Shown here piece by piece: positions 37,975 through 46,933 of a DNA stretch of 64,000 bases; position 1 is the first letter of the stretch; each line of letters starts with the position of its first letter. The position numbers and the translations under genes are program-made. Where the stretch lies: contig CAXXVL010000001.1 of the NCBI GenBank assembly GCA_963667845.2, positions 704,001-768,000 of the forward strand. Reading direction: 5' to 3'. Source of the stretch: Smithellaceae bacterium (lineage in GTDB: Bacteria > Desulfobacterota > Syntrophia > Syntrophales > Smithellaceae). A model generated the notes under the pieces. The model did no database searches and had not been told where the DNA came from. It worked only from the letters and a program-made list of their open reading frames with translations.

Positions 37975-40728
37975 TCACCTGCTCCGGGTGTCGCTGTCGT
38001 TAAACGCGTCAGGATTTTCTTTCGTGAGCCAGGGTTTAATGTTGATCGTTTCGCCCCAGAAGAGTTTGGCATCGGGTGGAGAGGCTCCCCACCAGTTATG
38101 GCGGGCGTCAATATAAATGGAGGAGAAGCTCTGAACGGCTACGGCATTTTCAATAAAATTATTTTGAAAAATCTTCGGATTGGATGCGCCGACGCACGTG
38201 ATGGCGCCCTCGCCCTGATTCTGCCGAAGGGTGCTGCGGGCAATCACGGGAGTGGCGTCTTTCCGGCAATAGACGGCATTTTGAGAACAGTGTGCGATAT
38301 AACAGTGGGAGATTTCCGGCGATCCGGCATAAATATCAAACGCGGTCGTCGCGTATTTGACGATACAATATTCAAACACGCTGTTCACCTTCGTTGCTTC
38401 GGCAAACCGGACGGCGCTCAAATAAAAGCCGGGTGCCGGTGAAGCGGAAGCCGCGGTAAAGGTGATCGGCATCGTCTTTGTCCCACGGGCAATGATCCCG
38501 CCGTTTAGCGTAACCAGAGAGGTCTTCTGTTCGAATTCCAGAACAACACCGGGTTCGATAAAAAGGGTTGCTCCGCTGTCAATCAGGACATCTTGCGCAA
38601 TCCGGTAGGGGCTCAGCGACAGGATCAGATACGAATCCGCTTTGATCGGGCCGCCCAGTCGCTTTTCCAGGATCGGCACGTTTAAAATTTTTCCCTGCGG
38701 ATAAGGCGCGTCGAGGACAGTGTGGATGTCCACACGGCCCGCAAGGCCGGTTAAAATGTCATGAACCTTAATGGTGCCCCACCAGTTTTCCAGCGCCATC
38801 GCAGACATGCCGCTCATTTCGCCCGTCATATTGTAGGGCTGATTGTCAAAAATACTGTTGTGGCGAATGACGGCCTGAGCGCCTTTGACGACAATGCCGC
38901 CATGTTTGTTTTGCGAGACGGTATTTTGTGTGATTTCCGCAGCGGACTGCACTGTAATTCCGGTGCCGTTATTCAAGATGCTGTTTTCAAGAATCCGCGG
39001 CCCCGCCCCGTCGGTCACGAATAAGGCAGTGCCCCTGTTTTCGTAAAGGGTATTTTTGCGGATGAGCGGTTTGGAAAAGGCCCCTTCAATTTTGATGGCA
39101 TCCTCATTTTTCGTAAACTCGGAAAATTCGATGACCGGTGAAGAGGCCTGACACGTAACGGCTGTTTGAGCGTTTTTGATGCGGACAAACGTCAGTTTGT
39201 TTTCCCGGTCCTTGACGCTCGCGAATGTGATCCCGGGCCACAATTGATTCTCCCGATCCGAATCGAAGCGGATCAGGCGATCACGATCCCCCTCGGCGGA
39301 CAGCCGTCCCTCAATGATCAGCGCTCCGCCTGACGACCTGATCTCGGTCCCCGGTTCGATCGTCAAGAGGGTCTTATCCCGGACGGTGATGTTGGCTGTG
39401 AGAACATAAGGACTGGCGCCGGCATACCAGATTGTGTCGCGGTCGATGATACCGGAAACAGACGTTGGACCCGGCGCGATCGGCATGCCTTCAGCCTGAG
39501 TCATCTCACTTTCATTACCGGCAAGATCTGCTGCGGTGATCCGGTAGAAATAGAGTCTCCCGTTTACCAGGTTCGGATCTGCGTCGATAAAGGTGTTGAA
39601 CTCGGTTTTGCCGACGGGTTCATAGCCGGAGAGCGGCGATTCGGACCTGTAGATGGTGTAACCTGCCAGATCTCCCGCTGCCGACTTATCCCAGCTCAGG
39701 CCCACCAGCTTGTGTCTGCCGGTCGCCCTGACGTGCACCGGTTTATCCGGCGGGAGGGTATCAAGGGTGACGGATCCGATCGCGTCCACCCACTGGGTGG
39801 TATTTCCGGAATCGTCCGTCAGGTAGCCGACGACGATGGCCCGATCGACATTATCCCCCGGGACGACCTTATAAACGCCGTAATAGCCGCCCGGTTCAAC
39901 TTCCTGCATGTCCAGCCGCTTGCGGTATTGACCGATGTCGAATGAAGCCTGCATATTCGGCGTTCCCTGGATGACGACTTTGATTTCATCGCCTGCCTTT
40001 TTCGGTTTACCCTTTGTATCCTGCGTCAAAAGCGAGATGACCGGCGGACGTTTGGCCTGGGCCAAAGAGGGTGTGGGGATCGTTTTGACCATGTCCCGGA
40101 AAAGATCGTCATTGGCGCGCAGCAACTGAATATCCCGGACATTCAATGCCGTTGCAATAACCGTGGCGACGATACCGACCGGATTGGTGGAAACACCGCC
40201 TTCGTGCTTGCGGACCTTGTGCTTGCCGTTCCAGAGCAAGCGGCCTGTTTTGGTGTCGTACATTTTGATCTCTGCGCCCACGGCAACCTGCGAATAGAGA
40301 ACGGCAAAATACTTATCGAAGTCCGAAACGTCTCCCGTGATGACCGCATCGACGCCCAGAATCTCGCCCAGTTTCTGCGGCGTTGTGCTGCGGACGGCCT
40401 GCGGATCGGTAAGCCCGGCCCGGGTCAATAAGTCGTCTACCTTGAAGAGTTCCATGTCTTTGAATGGGAGAGAACTGAAATGGTTATAGAATCCCAGCCG
40501 CATGGCCTTGGCCCCTTCTTTGCTTCCGGAAAGGTCGATAAAAGGCAGGACGGCAACGGACAGGGGAATGTGCTTTTCCATGTAGGGGTCGACGTGATAG
40601 GCGCCGGCAAACATTGACTGGATTTCCGGAGTGATGAGTGTCGACGGCGTGGAGACAAGGCAGCTCTGCAGAATGAGAGCTCCCAAGAGGACCAGACAAC
40701 CGGGCATCAGAATAAAAATTTTCCGCAT
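37975..40728 (-). CDS. Large lipoprotein: GNA1162/CsgG-like domain + Ig/FN3 + duplicated right-handed beta-helix
   Basis: Lipobox LQSC; VAVLPF...LGVDAVITG.V; LSWD...LAGYTIYR...YFYRITAAD.AGNES; two SPY...IEPG...NWWG units. Confidence 0.75.
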   Translation of the reverse strand: MRKIFILMPGCLVLLGALILQSCLVSTPSTLITPEIQSMFAGAYHVDPYMEKHIPLSVAVLPFIDLSGSKEGAKAMRLGFYNHFSSLPFKDMELFKVDDLLTRAGLTDPQAVRSTTPQKLGEILGVDAVITGDVSDFDKYFAVLYSQVAVGAEIKMYDTKTGRLLWNGKHKVRKHEGGVSTNPVGIVATVIATALNVRDIQLLRANDDLFRDMVKTIPTPSLAQAKRPPVISLLTQDTKGKPKKAGDEIKVVIQGTPNMQASFDIGQYRKRLDMQEVEPGGYYGVYKVVPGDNVDRAIVVGYLTDDSGNTTQWVDAIGSVTLDTLPPDKPVHVRATGRHKLVGLSWDKSAAGDLAGYTIYRSESPLSGYEPVGKTEFNTFIDADPNLVNGRLYFYRITAADLAGNESEMTQAEGMPIAPGPTSVSGIIDRDTIWYAGASPYVLTANITVRDKTLLTIEPGTEIRSSGGALIIEGRLSAEGDRDRLIRFDSDRENQLWPGITFASVKDRENKLTFVRIKNAQTAVTCQASSPVIEFSEFTKNEDAIKIEGAFSKPLIRKNTLYENRGTALFVTDGAGPRILENSILNNGTGITVQSAAEITQNTVSQNKHGGIVVKGAQAVIRHNSIFDNQPYNMTGEMSGMSAMALENWWGTIKVHDILTGLAGRVDIHTVLDAPYPQGKILNVPILEKRLGGPIKADSYLILSLSPYRIAQDVLIDSGATLFIEPGVVLEFEQKTSLVTLNGGIIARGTKTMPITFTAASASPAPGFYLSAVRFAEATKVNSVFEYCIVKYATTAFDIYAGSPEISHCYIAHCSQNAVYCRKDATPVIARSTLRQNQGEGAITCVGASNPKIFQNNFIENAVAVQSFSSIYIDARHNWWGASPPDAKLFWGETINIKPWLTKENPDAFNDSDTRSR

Positions 40729-40845
40729 AGCGAAATCCCTCCATCCCGTTCGATTTGCTACTATACCACAGACGCGACCGGAATTCATTTCTTAAAACCG
40801 ATTGCCCCGACCAAAATCCGACCTGCGGAAAAATGCGCCGGGCGC

Positions 40846-41727
40846 TTACTTGGGTGTGACGTGCACGTCGCTGCAACACGTGCGGCTGGTGATGAATTGA
40901 AAGTAGTCCGAGAAAGCCAGCTGCCAGGGCTGCATGGTTTTGCCGGTGGCGGTTACGAATTTCTGCATGCCGAGAACACTGTAAGCCGGGCGTTTGGCCG
41001 CCCGCTGTAAATCACCCGTCTTGATCGGCAATAGTTCAACGGCGTCCAGATGTGCTTCCTTTAATATTTTACGCGCAAAATCGTACCAGGTGCAGAAGCC
41101 GCGGTTGGTGACATGGAAGATACCGCGGACTTTCTTGTCCACCAGCAACTCCGTCGCAGCCGCGAGGTCGCGCGTGCAGGTGGGGGATCCGGTCTGGTCG
41201 TCAACCACCGTCAGCCTGCCGGTTGTTCTGGCCCGATCCAGGATGGCTTCAACAAAATTTTTCCCCTTTGCTCCATAGAGCCAGGCCGTGCGGATGATCA
41301 GGTAGTCGTCCGTCAGTTGGCGCAGGTAATGTTCCCCGGTCAATTTGGAAGCTCCGTAAGAGTTGATCGGATTTACGGGATCGTCTTCCGTGTAGGGACG
41401 GCTGCCGTTTCCGTCGAAAACATAGTCCGTGCTGTAATGGACCACCGGGATATTCCGCTCACGGCAGGCTTCGGCGATATTTTTCACCGCCTCGGCATTG
41501 ACGGCAAAGCATTCTTCTTTGGCTGTTTCGCAGCCGTCCACGTTGGTGTAGGCGGCGGCGTTAATGACCAGTTGCGGCGCGACGTCGGTTATGGCATTGC
41601 GGCACTCGGAGGCGCGTGTGATGTCGATTTCGTCTTTGTCCATGCCGATGACTTCGTGACGGTATTTAAATTGCGATGCGAGATCACTTCCCAGCATCCC
41701 TTTATGTCCCAGCAGCAGTATTTTCAT
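40846..41727 (-). CDS. rfbD: dTDP-4-dehydrorhamnose reductase
   Basis: GHKGMLG, NAAAYTNVD, STDYVFDG, YGASK, DQTGSPT. Confidence 0.96.
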   Translation of the reverse strand: MKILLLGHKGMLGSDLASQFKYRHEVIGMDKDEIDITRASECRNAITDVAPQLVINAAAYTNVDGCETAKEECFAVNAEAVKNIAEACRERNIPVVHYSTDYVFDGNGSRPYTEDDPVNPINSYGASKLTGEHYLRQLTDDYLIIRTAWLYGAKGKNFVEAILDRARTTGRLTVVDDQTGSPTCTRDLAAATELLVDKKVRGIFHVTNRGFCTWYDFARKILKEAHLDAVELLPIKTGDLQRAAKRPAYSVLGMQKFVTATGKTMQPWQLAFSDYFQFITSRTCCSDVHVTPK

Positions 41728-41729
41728 GC

Positions 41730-42467
41730 TCAGTATTTAACCTCCTTTAAAAAAAGGCCGCACGCGGGGGCGGCGGTACCCGCCTTCTTCCGGTCGCGTG
41801 AGGCGATGATCTCCGGAATGTCGTCGGGGTTGAGCCTGCCTCGTCCCGCATCGACCAGTGTGCCGACGATGTTGCGCACCATATGCCGCAAAAAGCCGCT
41901 TGATTCAACCGTAATTTCCAGCATGCCGTGGTCCCGTTCGTCGATTGTGATATCACCGAGCGTGCGGACGCGATCTTTGATATCGCAGCCCGTTGCACAA
42001 AAGCAGGAAAAATCGTGCCGGCCGGTCAGATAGGATGCCGCCTTGCGCATCCGTTCGATGTCGAGCACAGAGCGGATGAACCAATAATACTGGCGGCCCA
42101 GCACGGGACGGAGACGCTGATTCTTAATTCTGTATACATAAACTTTACCCTTCGCGTCTTTGAGGGCGTTGAAATCCGCAGGGGCTTCCTGCAGATCCGT
42201 AAGAACGATATCGGCAGGCAGAACGCTGTTGACCCCGAGAAAAATTTTGCCGATCGGAAGCAGGCTTTCCACTTTAAGACTGGCGACCTGGTTCACGGCA
42301 TGCACGCCCGCATCCGTGCGTCCGGAGGCGATGATGGATACTTTCTCGTGGATGATGCGGCAGACGGATTCTTCCAGAATCTGCTGAATGGATATCCCGT
42401 TTCGCTGTCTTTGCCAGCCGCAGTATGCCGTGCCGTCATATTCGAGAAACATTTTAAGGTTGCGCAT
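41730..42467 (-). CDS. truA: tRNA pseudouridine(38-40) synthase
   Basis: EYDGTAYCGWQ, SGRTDAGVHA, FLRHMVRNIVG. Confidence 0.97.
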   Translation of the reverse strand: MRNLKMFLEYDGTAYCGWQRQRNGISIQQILEESVCRIIHEKVSIIASGRTDAGVHAVNQVASLKVESLLPIGKIFLGVNSVLPADIVLTDLQEAPADFNALKDAKGKVYVYRIKNQRLRPVLGRQYYWFIRSVLDIERMRKAASYLTGRHDFSCFCATGCDIKDRVRTLGDITIDERDHGMLEITVESSGFLRHMVRNIVGTLVDAGRGRLNPDDIPEIIASRDRKKAGTAAPACGLFLKEVKY

Positions 42468-42623
42468 TTTACAAATCTGACTTGCCAGTTTTTTCTAAAA
42501 AGGTTAAGCACGAAAACAATCATAATTCAGGGAACGGTTTTGCGGCCGGCTTTGCCCGCCGCGATACTAGCCCACGCCAAAAGCGGGGTCAAGATAAAAC
42601 TCGGCATGTAAAGGAGATTCCAT

Positions 42624-44192
42624 ATGAGTGAAGATTTGCAGAAAACAACCCAGGGAAAAATTCAGGCCTTTGAAGCGAAAGTTCAGGCGCTGATGAAAAT
42701 GGGGGGAGAAAAGCAGGTTAAGAAGCAGCATGACGGCGGGAAAATGACGGCCCGGGAGCGCCTGGAATATTTATTTGATGCCGGCACCTTTCAGGAAGTG
42801 CAGCTGTTTGTGAAGCACCATGCCACCCTGTTCGGCATGGATAAGAAGGAGATTCCGGCCGACGGCGTGATTACGGGCTTCGGCAAAGTCAATGGCCGGA
42901 CTGTTTTTGCCGCGTCGCAGGATTTTACGAGCGCCGGCGGCACCCTGGGGGAGATGCACGCGAAGAAGATATGGAAGGTCATGGATATGGCCATCGCGGC
43001 TCAGAAGCCGTTTATTGCGATTAATGATTCGGGAGGAGCCAGAATCCAGGAAGGCGTCCCATCGCTCGAAGGCTACGGCGGCATCTTTTATCGCAACTCG
43101 ATTGCTTCCGGCTATATTCCCCAGATCACCGCGATTATGGGACCTACAGCGGGCGGTGCCGTTTACTCCCCGGCGCTTACCGACTGGATCTTCATGGTCA
43201 AGAACAGCTCCTACATGTATATCACCGGTCCGGAAGTTATCAAGGCGGTGATCGGCGAAGAAGTGAGCCAGGAAGACCTCGGCGGCGCGCTGGCTCATGC
43301 CTCCAAAAGCGGCGTCTGCCACGTGGTCACCGAAAATGATCAGGACTGCCTCGATAAAATCAAAATCCTCCTGTCCTATTTGCCCGACAGCTGCCAATCG
43401 CCTTTGCCCATCCCCGTTTCCACGGATAGTCCCGAGCGCCTCTGCCCGGAACTGGATAAGGCTATTCCGGATAAAGCGGCCCGCGCTTACAATATGAAGA
43501 ATATCATCAAATCCGTGGCCGACAACGGTGAAATGTTTGAGCTCCATGCCCAGTGGGCGCCCAATATCATTGTCACCCTGATCCGCATCATGGGCCGGCC
43601 CGTGGGCGTCATCGCCAACAACCCGATGGCTTATGCGGGCGTTCTTAATGTCAACGCATCCGACAAAGCCTCGCGGTTCATCCGCTTCTGCGACGCCTTC
43701 AACATTCCGCTTTTGACCTTTGCCGATGTTCCCGGCTATATGCCCGGCACGGACCAGGAATGGGCGGGTATCATCCGCCACGGCGCGAAGCTGCTGCATG
43801 CTTATTCGGAGGCGACCGTTCCCAAGATCACGGTGGTGACCCGCAAAGACTACGGCGGGTCGTATATCGGCATGTGCTGCAAGCAGCTGGGGGCGGATTA
43901 TGTCATGGCGTGGCCCACGGCGGAAATCGCGGTGATGGGGGCGGAAGGCGCCTGCAACATCATTTATAGAAGTGAGATTGCGCAGGCGGCGGACCCGCAG
44001 GCGAAGCGGGCCGAGCTGATTGCGGGTTACGAGGAGCAGTTTAACAATCCGTATTTTGCGGCCTCATTGGGAGCTATCGAAGAAATCATCCTCCCGAGCC
44101 AGACGCGCCGGCGCATTATTGCCCTGCTCGACGCCCTGCAAAATAAAAAGGAAGCACGCCTCGAAAAGAAACATAACAATATTCCTCTGTAG
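42624..44192 (+). CDS. Acyl-CoA carboxylase/carboxyltransferase beta subunit (methylmalonyl-CoA type)
   Basis: MTARER, DSGGARIQEG, AGGAVYSPALTD, DVPGYMPG, KKHNNIPL. Confidence 0.93.
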   Translation: MSEDLQKTTQGKIQAFEAKVQALMKMGGEKQVKKQHDGGKMTARERLEYLFDAGTFQEVQLFVKHHATLFGMDKKEIPADGVITGFGKVNGRTVFAASQDFTSAGGTLGEMHAKKIWKVMDMAIAAQKPFIAINDSGGARIQEGVPSLEGYGGIFYRNSIASGYIPQITAIMGPTAGGAVYSPALTDWIFMVKNSSYMYITGPEVIKAVIGEEVSQEDLGGALAHASKSGVCHVVTENDQDCLDKIKILLSYLPDSCQSPLPIPVSTDSPERLCPELDKAIPDKAARAYNMKNIIKSVADNGEMFELHAQWAPNIIVTLIRIMGRPVGVIANNPMAYAGVLNVNASDKASRFIRFCDAFNIPLLTFADVPGYMPGTDQEWAGIIRHGAKLLHAYSEATVPKITVVTRKDYGGSYIGMCCKQLGADYVMAWPTAEIAVMGAEGACNIIYRSEIAQAADPQAKRAELIAGYEEQFNNPYFAASLGAIEEIILPSQTRRRIIALLDALQNKKEARLEKKHNNIPL

Positions 44193-44221
44193 ATTGTCGC
44201 AGCCGCAGACTGCAGGCTTAA

Positions 44222-44264
44222 AATAAAAGGCAGGGAATGGCCGCAACCGTTCCCTGCCTTTTAT
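44222..44264. terminator. Intrinsic terminator hairpin
   Basis: aataaaaggcagggaa / ttccctgccttttatt. Confidence 0.8.
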
Positions 44265-44629
44265 TGTATAGGCTTTTCTTCGTTAAAGATTCTGCCATCC
44301 TCGAGACTGACGTCGAAAATCGCCTTCTTCGGCGAATAACAAAATTCAATTTAATTCTTCTTTATTCCAAATTATTACTAATAATTACAAAAAATCATAA
44401 TATTTCATTTACAAAAACTTCCTAAGATGTTATTTCTGCTTCCGTTAAATTTGGCACGCGATGATGCGCGAAACCGCATCAAGCGGGTGGATTAAGGAGA
44501 AAAGAGTAATTATATCATTGGTAATTTCTCCTTTGATTATCCCTGCCGCAAGTTGCAGCTGAAGCATCATATTTGATCAGCCATAAGACCCGATCCCGGG
44601 GTTAAAGTCATATGCTTTAGGAGGAGAAG

Positions 44630-45970
44630 ATGAAGAGATTTTGGGTTGTTTTGTTAACGCTGGGACTGACCGCAGTTTTCAGCACGACGGTTTTCGCCGT
44701 GGATCTCAAATTCAGCGGTGAATTTTATGCGGCAGGCATGTATCTGGACCGTACCACTTTAGTAAAGGACACCGACCCGCAAAGCTCAACGTCGACCGCT
44801 TTTTACTACCAGCGGTTGAGAATGAGGACGGATTTCGCCGTGACCAAGGGATTGACCCTGATTACCCGTTTCGACGCCATGGAGCGCGCCTGGGGTGCAG
44901 CCAGAAGCGATATCGGCAAGGGCACGACACTGGCGGTCGATTCAGCGGGAACGCGTGCGGAAAATGAAAACATTGCTTTTGACTGGGCTTACATTGAGTA
45001 TAAGTCGCCGATCGGCATCTTCAGCGCCGGTTATATGAATTACGGAAGCACAGGTACAGTCTTCGGCAACAACAGCGCCCCGCAGGGAAGAATCAAATAT
45101 TCTTATCTTGCCGGCCCTGTAACCATCAATGCCGCGATTTCGAAAGTCAAGGAAAAGAGCCTCACGGCAATCAACACTGTGACGACTACGGATGCGGATA
45201 ACGATGTTTATCATCTCGAGGGGATCTATAAGTGGAAGACCGGCGCCGCCGGCCTGAATGTCAACTACTACCGCACCGCAGAGAACAGACCCGCGAATAA
45301 TTACAAAACAACGTACTTCCTATTTACACCGTATGTCATGACCCAGATCGGCCCCGTGGCCCTGCAGGCGGAACTCAATTATGCCAATGGCAACCAGAAA
45401 CAATATGATGGCGACAGCGGCCTGTCTGACGTCAAACTGGAAAACTGGTCCGGCTGGATCGACGCGACGGCCGATTTTAAAATGGCTTATGTCGGCGCCA
45501 CGGTGGCGTATGTATCCGGCGATGATCCCAGCACTACGGATAAACAGGAAGGAGGTACCATTAACGGCGGCCGCGACTGGAATCCCTGCCTCATCATGTT
45601 CAACTATTATGACCGCGCCCAGTGGATCGGCAATCTCAATGGTTGGAACGGCACGACGGATAACGGTCAGATGGCCAATGCCTGGTTTGCCCAAGGGCGA
45701 GCGGGCGTCCGGCCGATCGCCAATCTCGATATTATGGCGTCCGTGTCCTGGGCGCATGCCGACAAGACTCTTTCCGCTCAGTGGGAAAGCAGAGACTACG
45801 GTTATGAAATCGATTTGACCGCAACGTACAAAATCACCAACAATCTGTCCTATATGCTGGGCGGCGGGTACCTCTTCACGGGTGACTGGTATAAGGGGAT
45901 CAATGCGAGCGGCACTCAGCGGATCCAGAACGATTACCTGGTGATTAATAAGCTGACCCTGACATTCTAA
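44630..45970 (+). CDS. Outer-membrane porin-like beta-barrel
   Basis: Signal peptide, alternating beta-strands, C-terminal KLTLTF signature; AGGAGG SD. Confidence 0.8.
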   Translation: MKRFWVVLLTLGLTAVFSTTVFAVDLKFSGEFYAAGMYLDRTTLVKDTDPQSSTSTAFYYQRLRMRTDFAVTKGLTLITRFDAMERAWGAARSDIGKGTTLAVDSAGTRAENENIAFDWAYIEYKSPIGIFSAGYMNYGSTGTVFGNNSAPQGRIKYSYLAGPVTINAAISKVKEKSLTAINTVTTTDADNDVYHLEGIYKWKTGAAGLNVNYYRTAENRPANNYKTTYFLFTPYVMTQIGPVALQAELNYANGNQKQYDGDSGLSDVKLENWSGWIDATADFKMAYVGATVAYVSGDDPSTTDKQEGGTINGGRDWNPCLIMFNYYDRAQWIGNLNGWNGTTDNGQMANAWFAQGRAGVRPIANLDIMASVSWAHADKTLSAQWESRDYGYEIDLTATYKITNNLSYMLGGGYLFTGDWYKGINASGTQRIQNDYLVINKLTLTF

Positions 45971-45995
45971 TAGATTTTTAGATTGTGGTTCATAT

Positions 45996-46032
45996 GAATC
46001 CCTGCGGAGTTTTCCTCCGCGGGGATTCTTTT
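45996..46032. terminator. Terminator between convergent genes
   Basis: gaatccctgcggag / ctccgcggggattc plus a T tract. Confidence 0.75.
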
Positions 46033-46933
46033 ATGGCTTCGCGGGAGAATGCGGATTCGTCAGATGATGACGGTTTGCAGCAAGGGAAGACGGTTCTTTT
46101 TTGGGCGGGCCGAAGGCGAACTGATAGCCGATATAGCCTGCGAGGTCGTCACGGCCGTTGATGTCCTGTCCGAGGGACAAGAGGAGATGATGATTTTCAG
46201 TAATATTGATGAGCGCACCTGCGGCATAGCCTGTCGCATCACGGCCTGCATCCGCGTCCGCCGTTCTGTAATAGATTTCGACACCGAGCGTGAGCGTTTT
46301 GTTCATATCCCGCTCCAGAACCCATCCGAATTGCCACCAGTCCTTGTTTCCGTCACCGGGATTAATCCAGTAGCCGGCGCCTCCGTATGTTGTCCATGGG
46401 CCCAGGCTTTTCTGCAACCAGACGGGCAGAAAGTAGTGGGTTCGGCCGCTTCCCAGACCCCGGTCGGAATCGCCGGTCGGAAGCTCGATCAGGGGAAATA
46501 CGGCGACTTGCGGCCGGTAATCCGTTTCGGATAGAAAACGGAATTTTACTCCCAACTCGGTGTCACCGTAACCGTATTGTGCGGATGCGCCGTCCGGCTT
46601 GACATACATCAGGGGGAGAACCAGATGAATCTGCACATCAGGAAGAAGGACGTAGTTGAGCTCGAGGTGCGGAAGAGTCGAAGAATCGCCGTCGCTCCCG
46701 TGACGGAACTGCGCCGCGACGTCCAATTCCCAGTGCCTGTATTCGCCCGGGTCCGGATCATCCGTGATAAAGGGCGGGCCGGCCCAGACGATTTCGGGCG
46801 TAAGAATAAACAAATGCCAGAACATGACCCCGAGAAGCATGATCATCAGGATGCTTCCCGGATGGCGGGACGGGCCCTTTGCTGAGATCAGTCTGACAGG
46901 TGAGTTCACTCTATTATTCCCTTCCCTCGTCAT
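46031..46933 (-). CDS. Putative outer-membrane beta-barrel channel (MetA-pathway/'transporter' type)
   Basis: Signal-like stretch then GPPFITDDP, GYGDTELGVKFRF, LPTGD..RGLGSG. The start is uncertain (46933 or 46846); the ORF-track extension to 47209 overlaps mgtA. Confidence 0.7.
   Translation of the reverse strand: MTREGNNRVNSPVRLISAKGPSRHPGSILMIMLLGVMFWHLFILTPEIVWAGPPFITDDPDPGEYRHWELDVAAQFRHGSDGDSSTLPHLELNYVLLPDVQIHLVLPLMYVKPDGASAQYGYGDTELGVKFRFLSETDYRPQVAVFPLIELPTGDSDRGLGSGRTHYFLPVWLQKSLGPWTTYGGAGYWINPGDGNKDWWQFGWVLERDMNKTLTLGVEIYYRTADADAGRDATGYAAGALINITENHHLLLSLGQDINGRDDLAGYIGYQFAFGPPKKEPSSLAANRHHLTNPHSPAKP

Noticed and set aside
44451..44467. sigma54 promoter TTGGCACG...TGC before the porin
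   Set aside because: GG-to-GC spacing is 11 nt rather than the required 10, and there is no TTGC.
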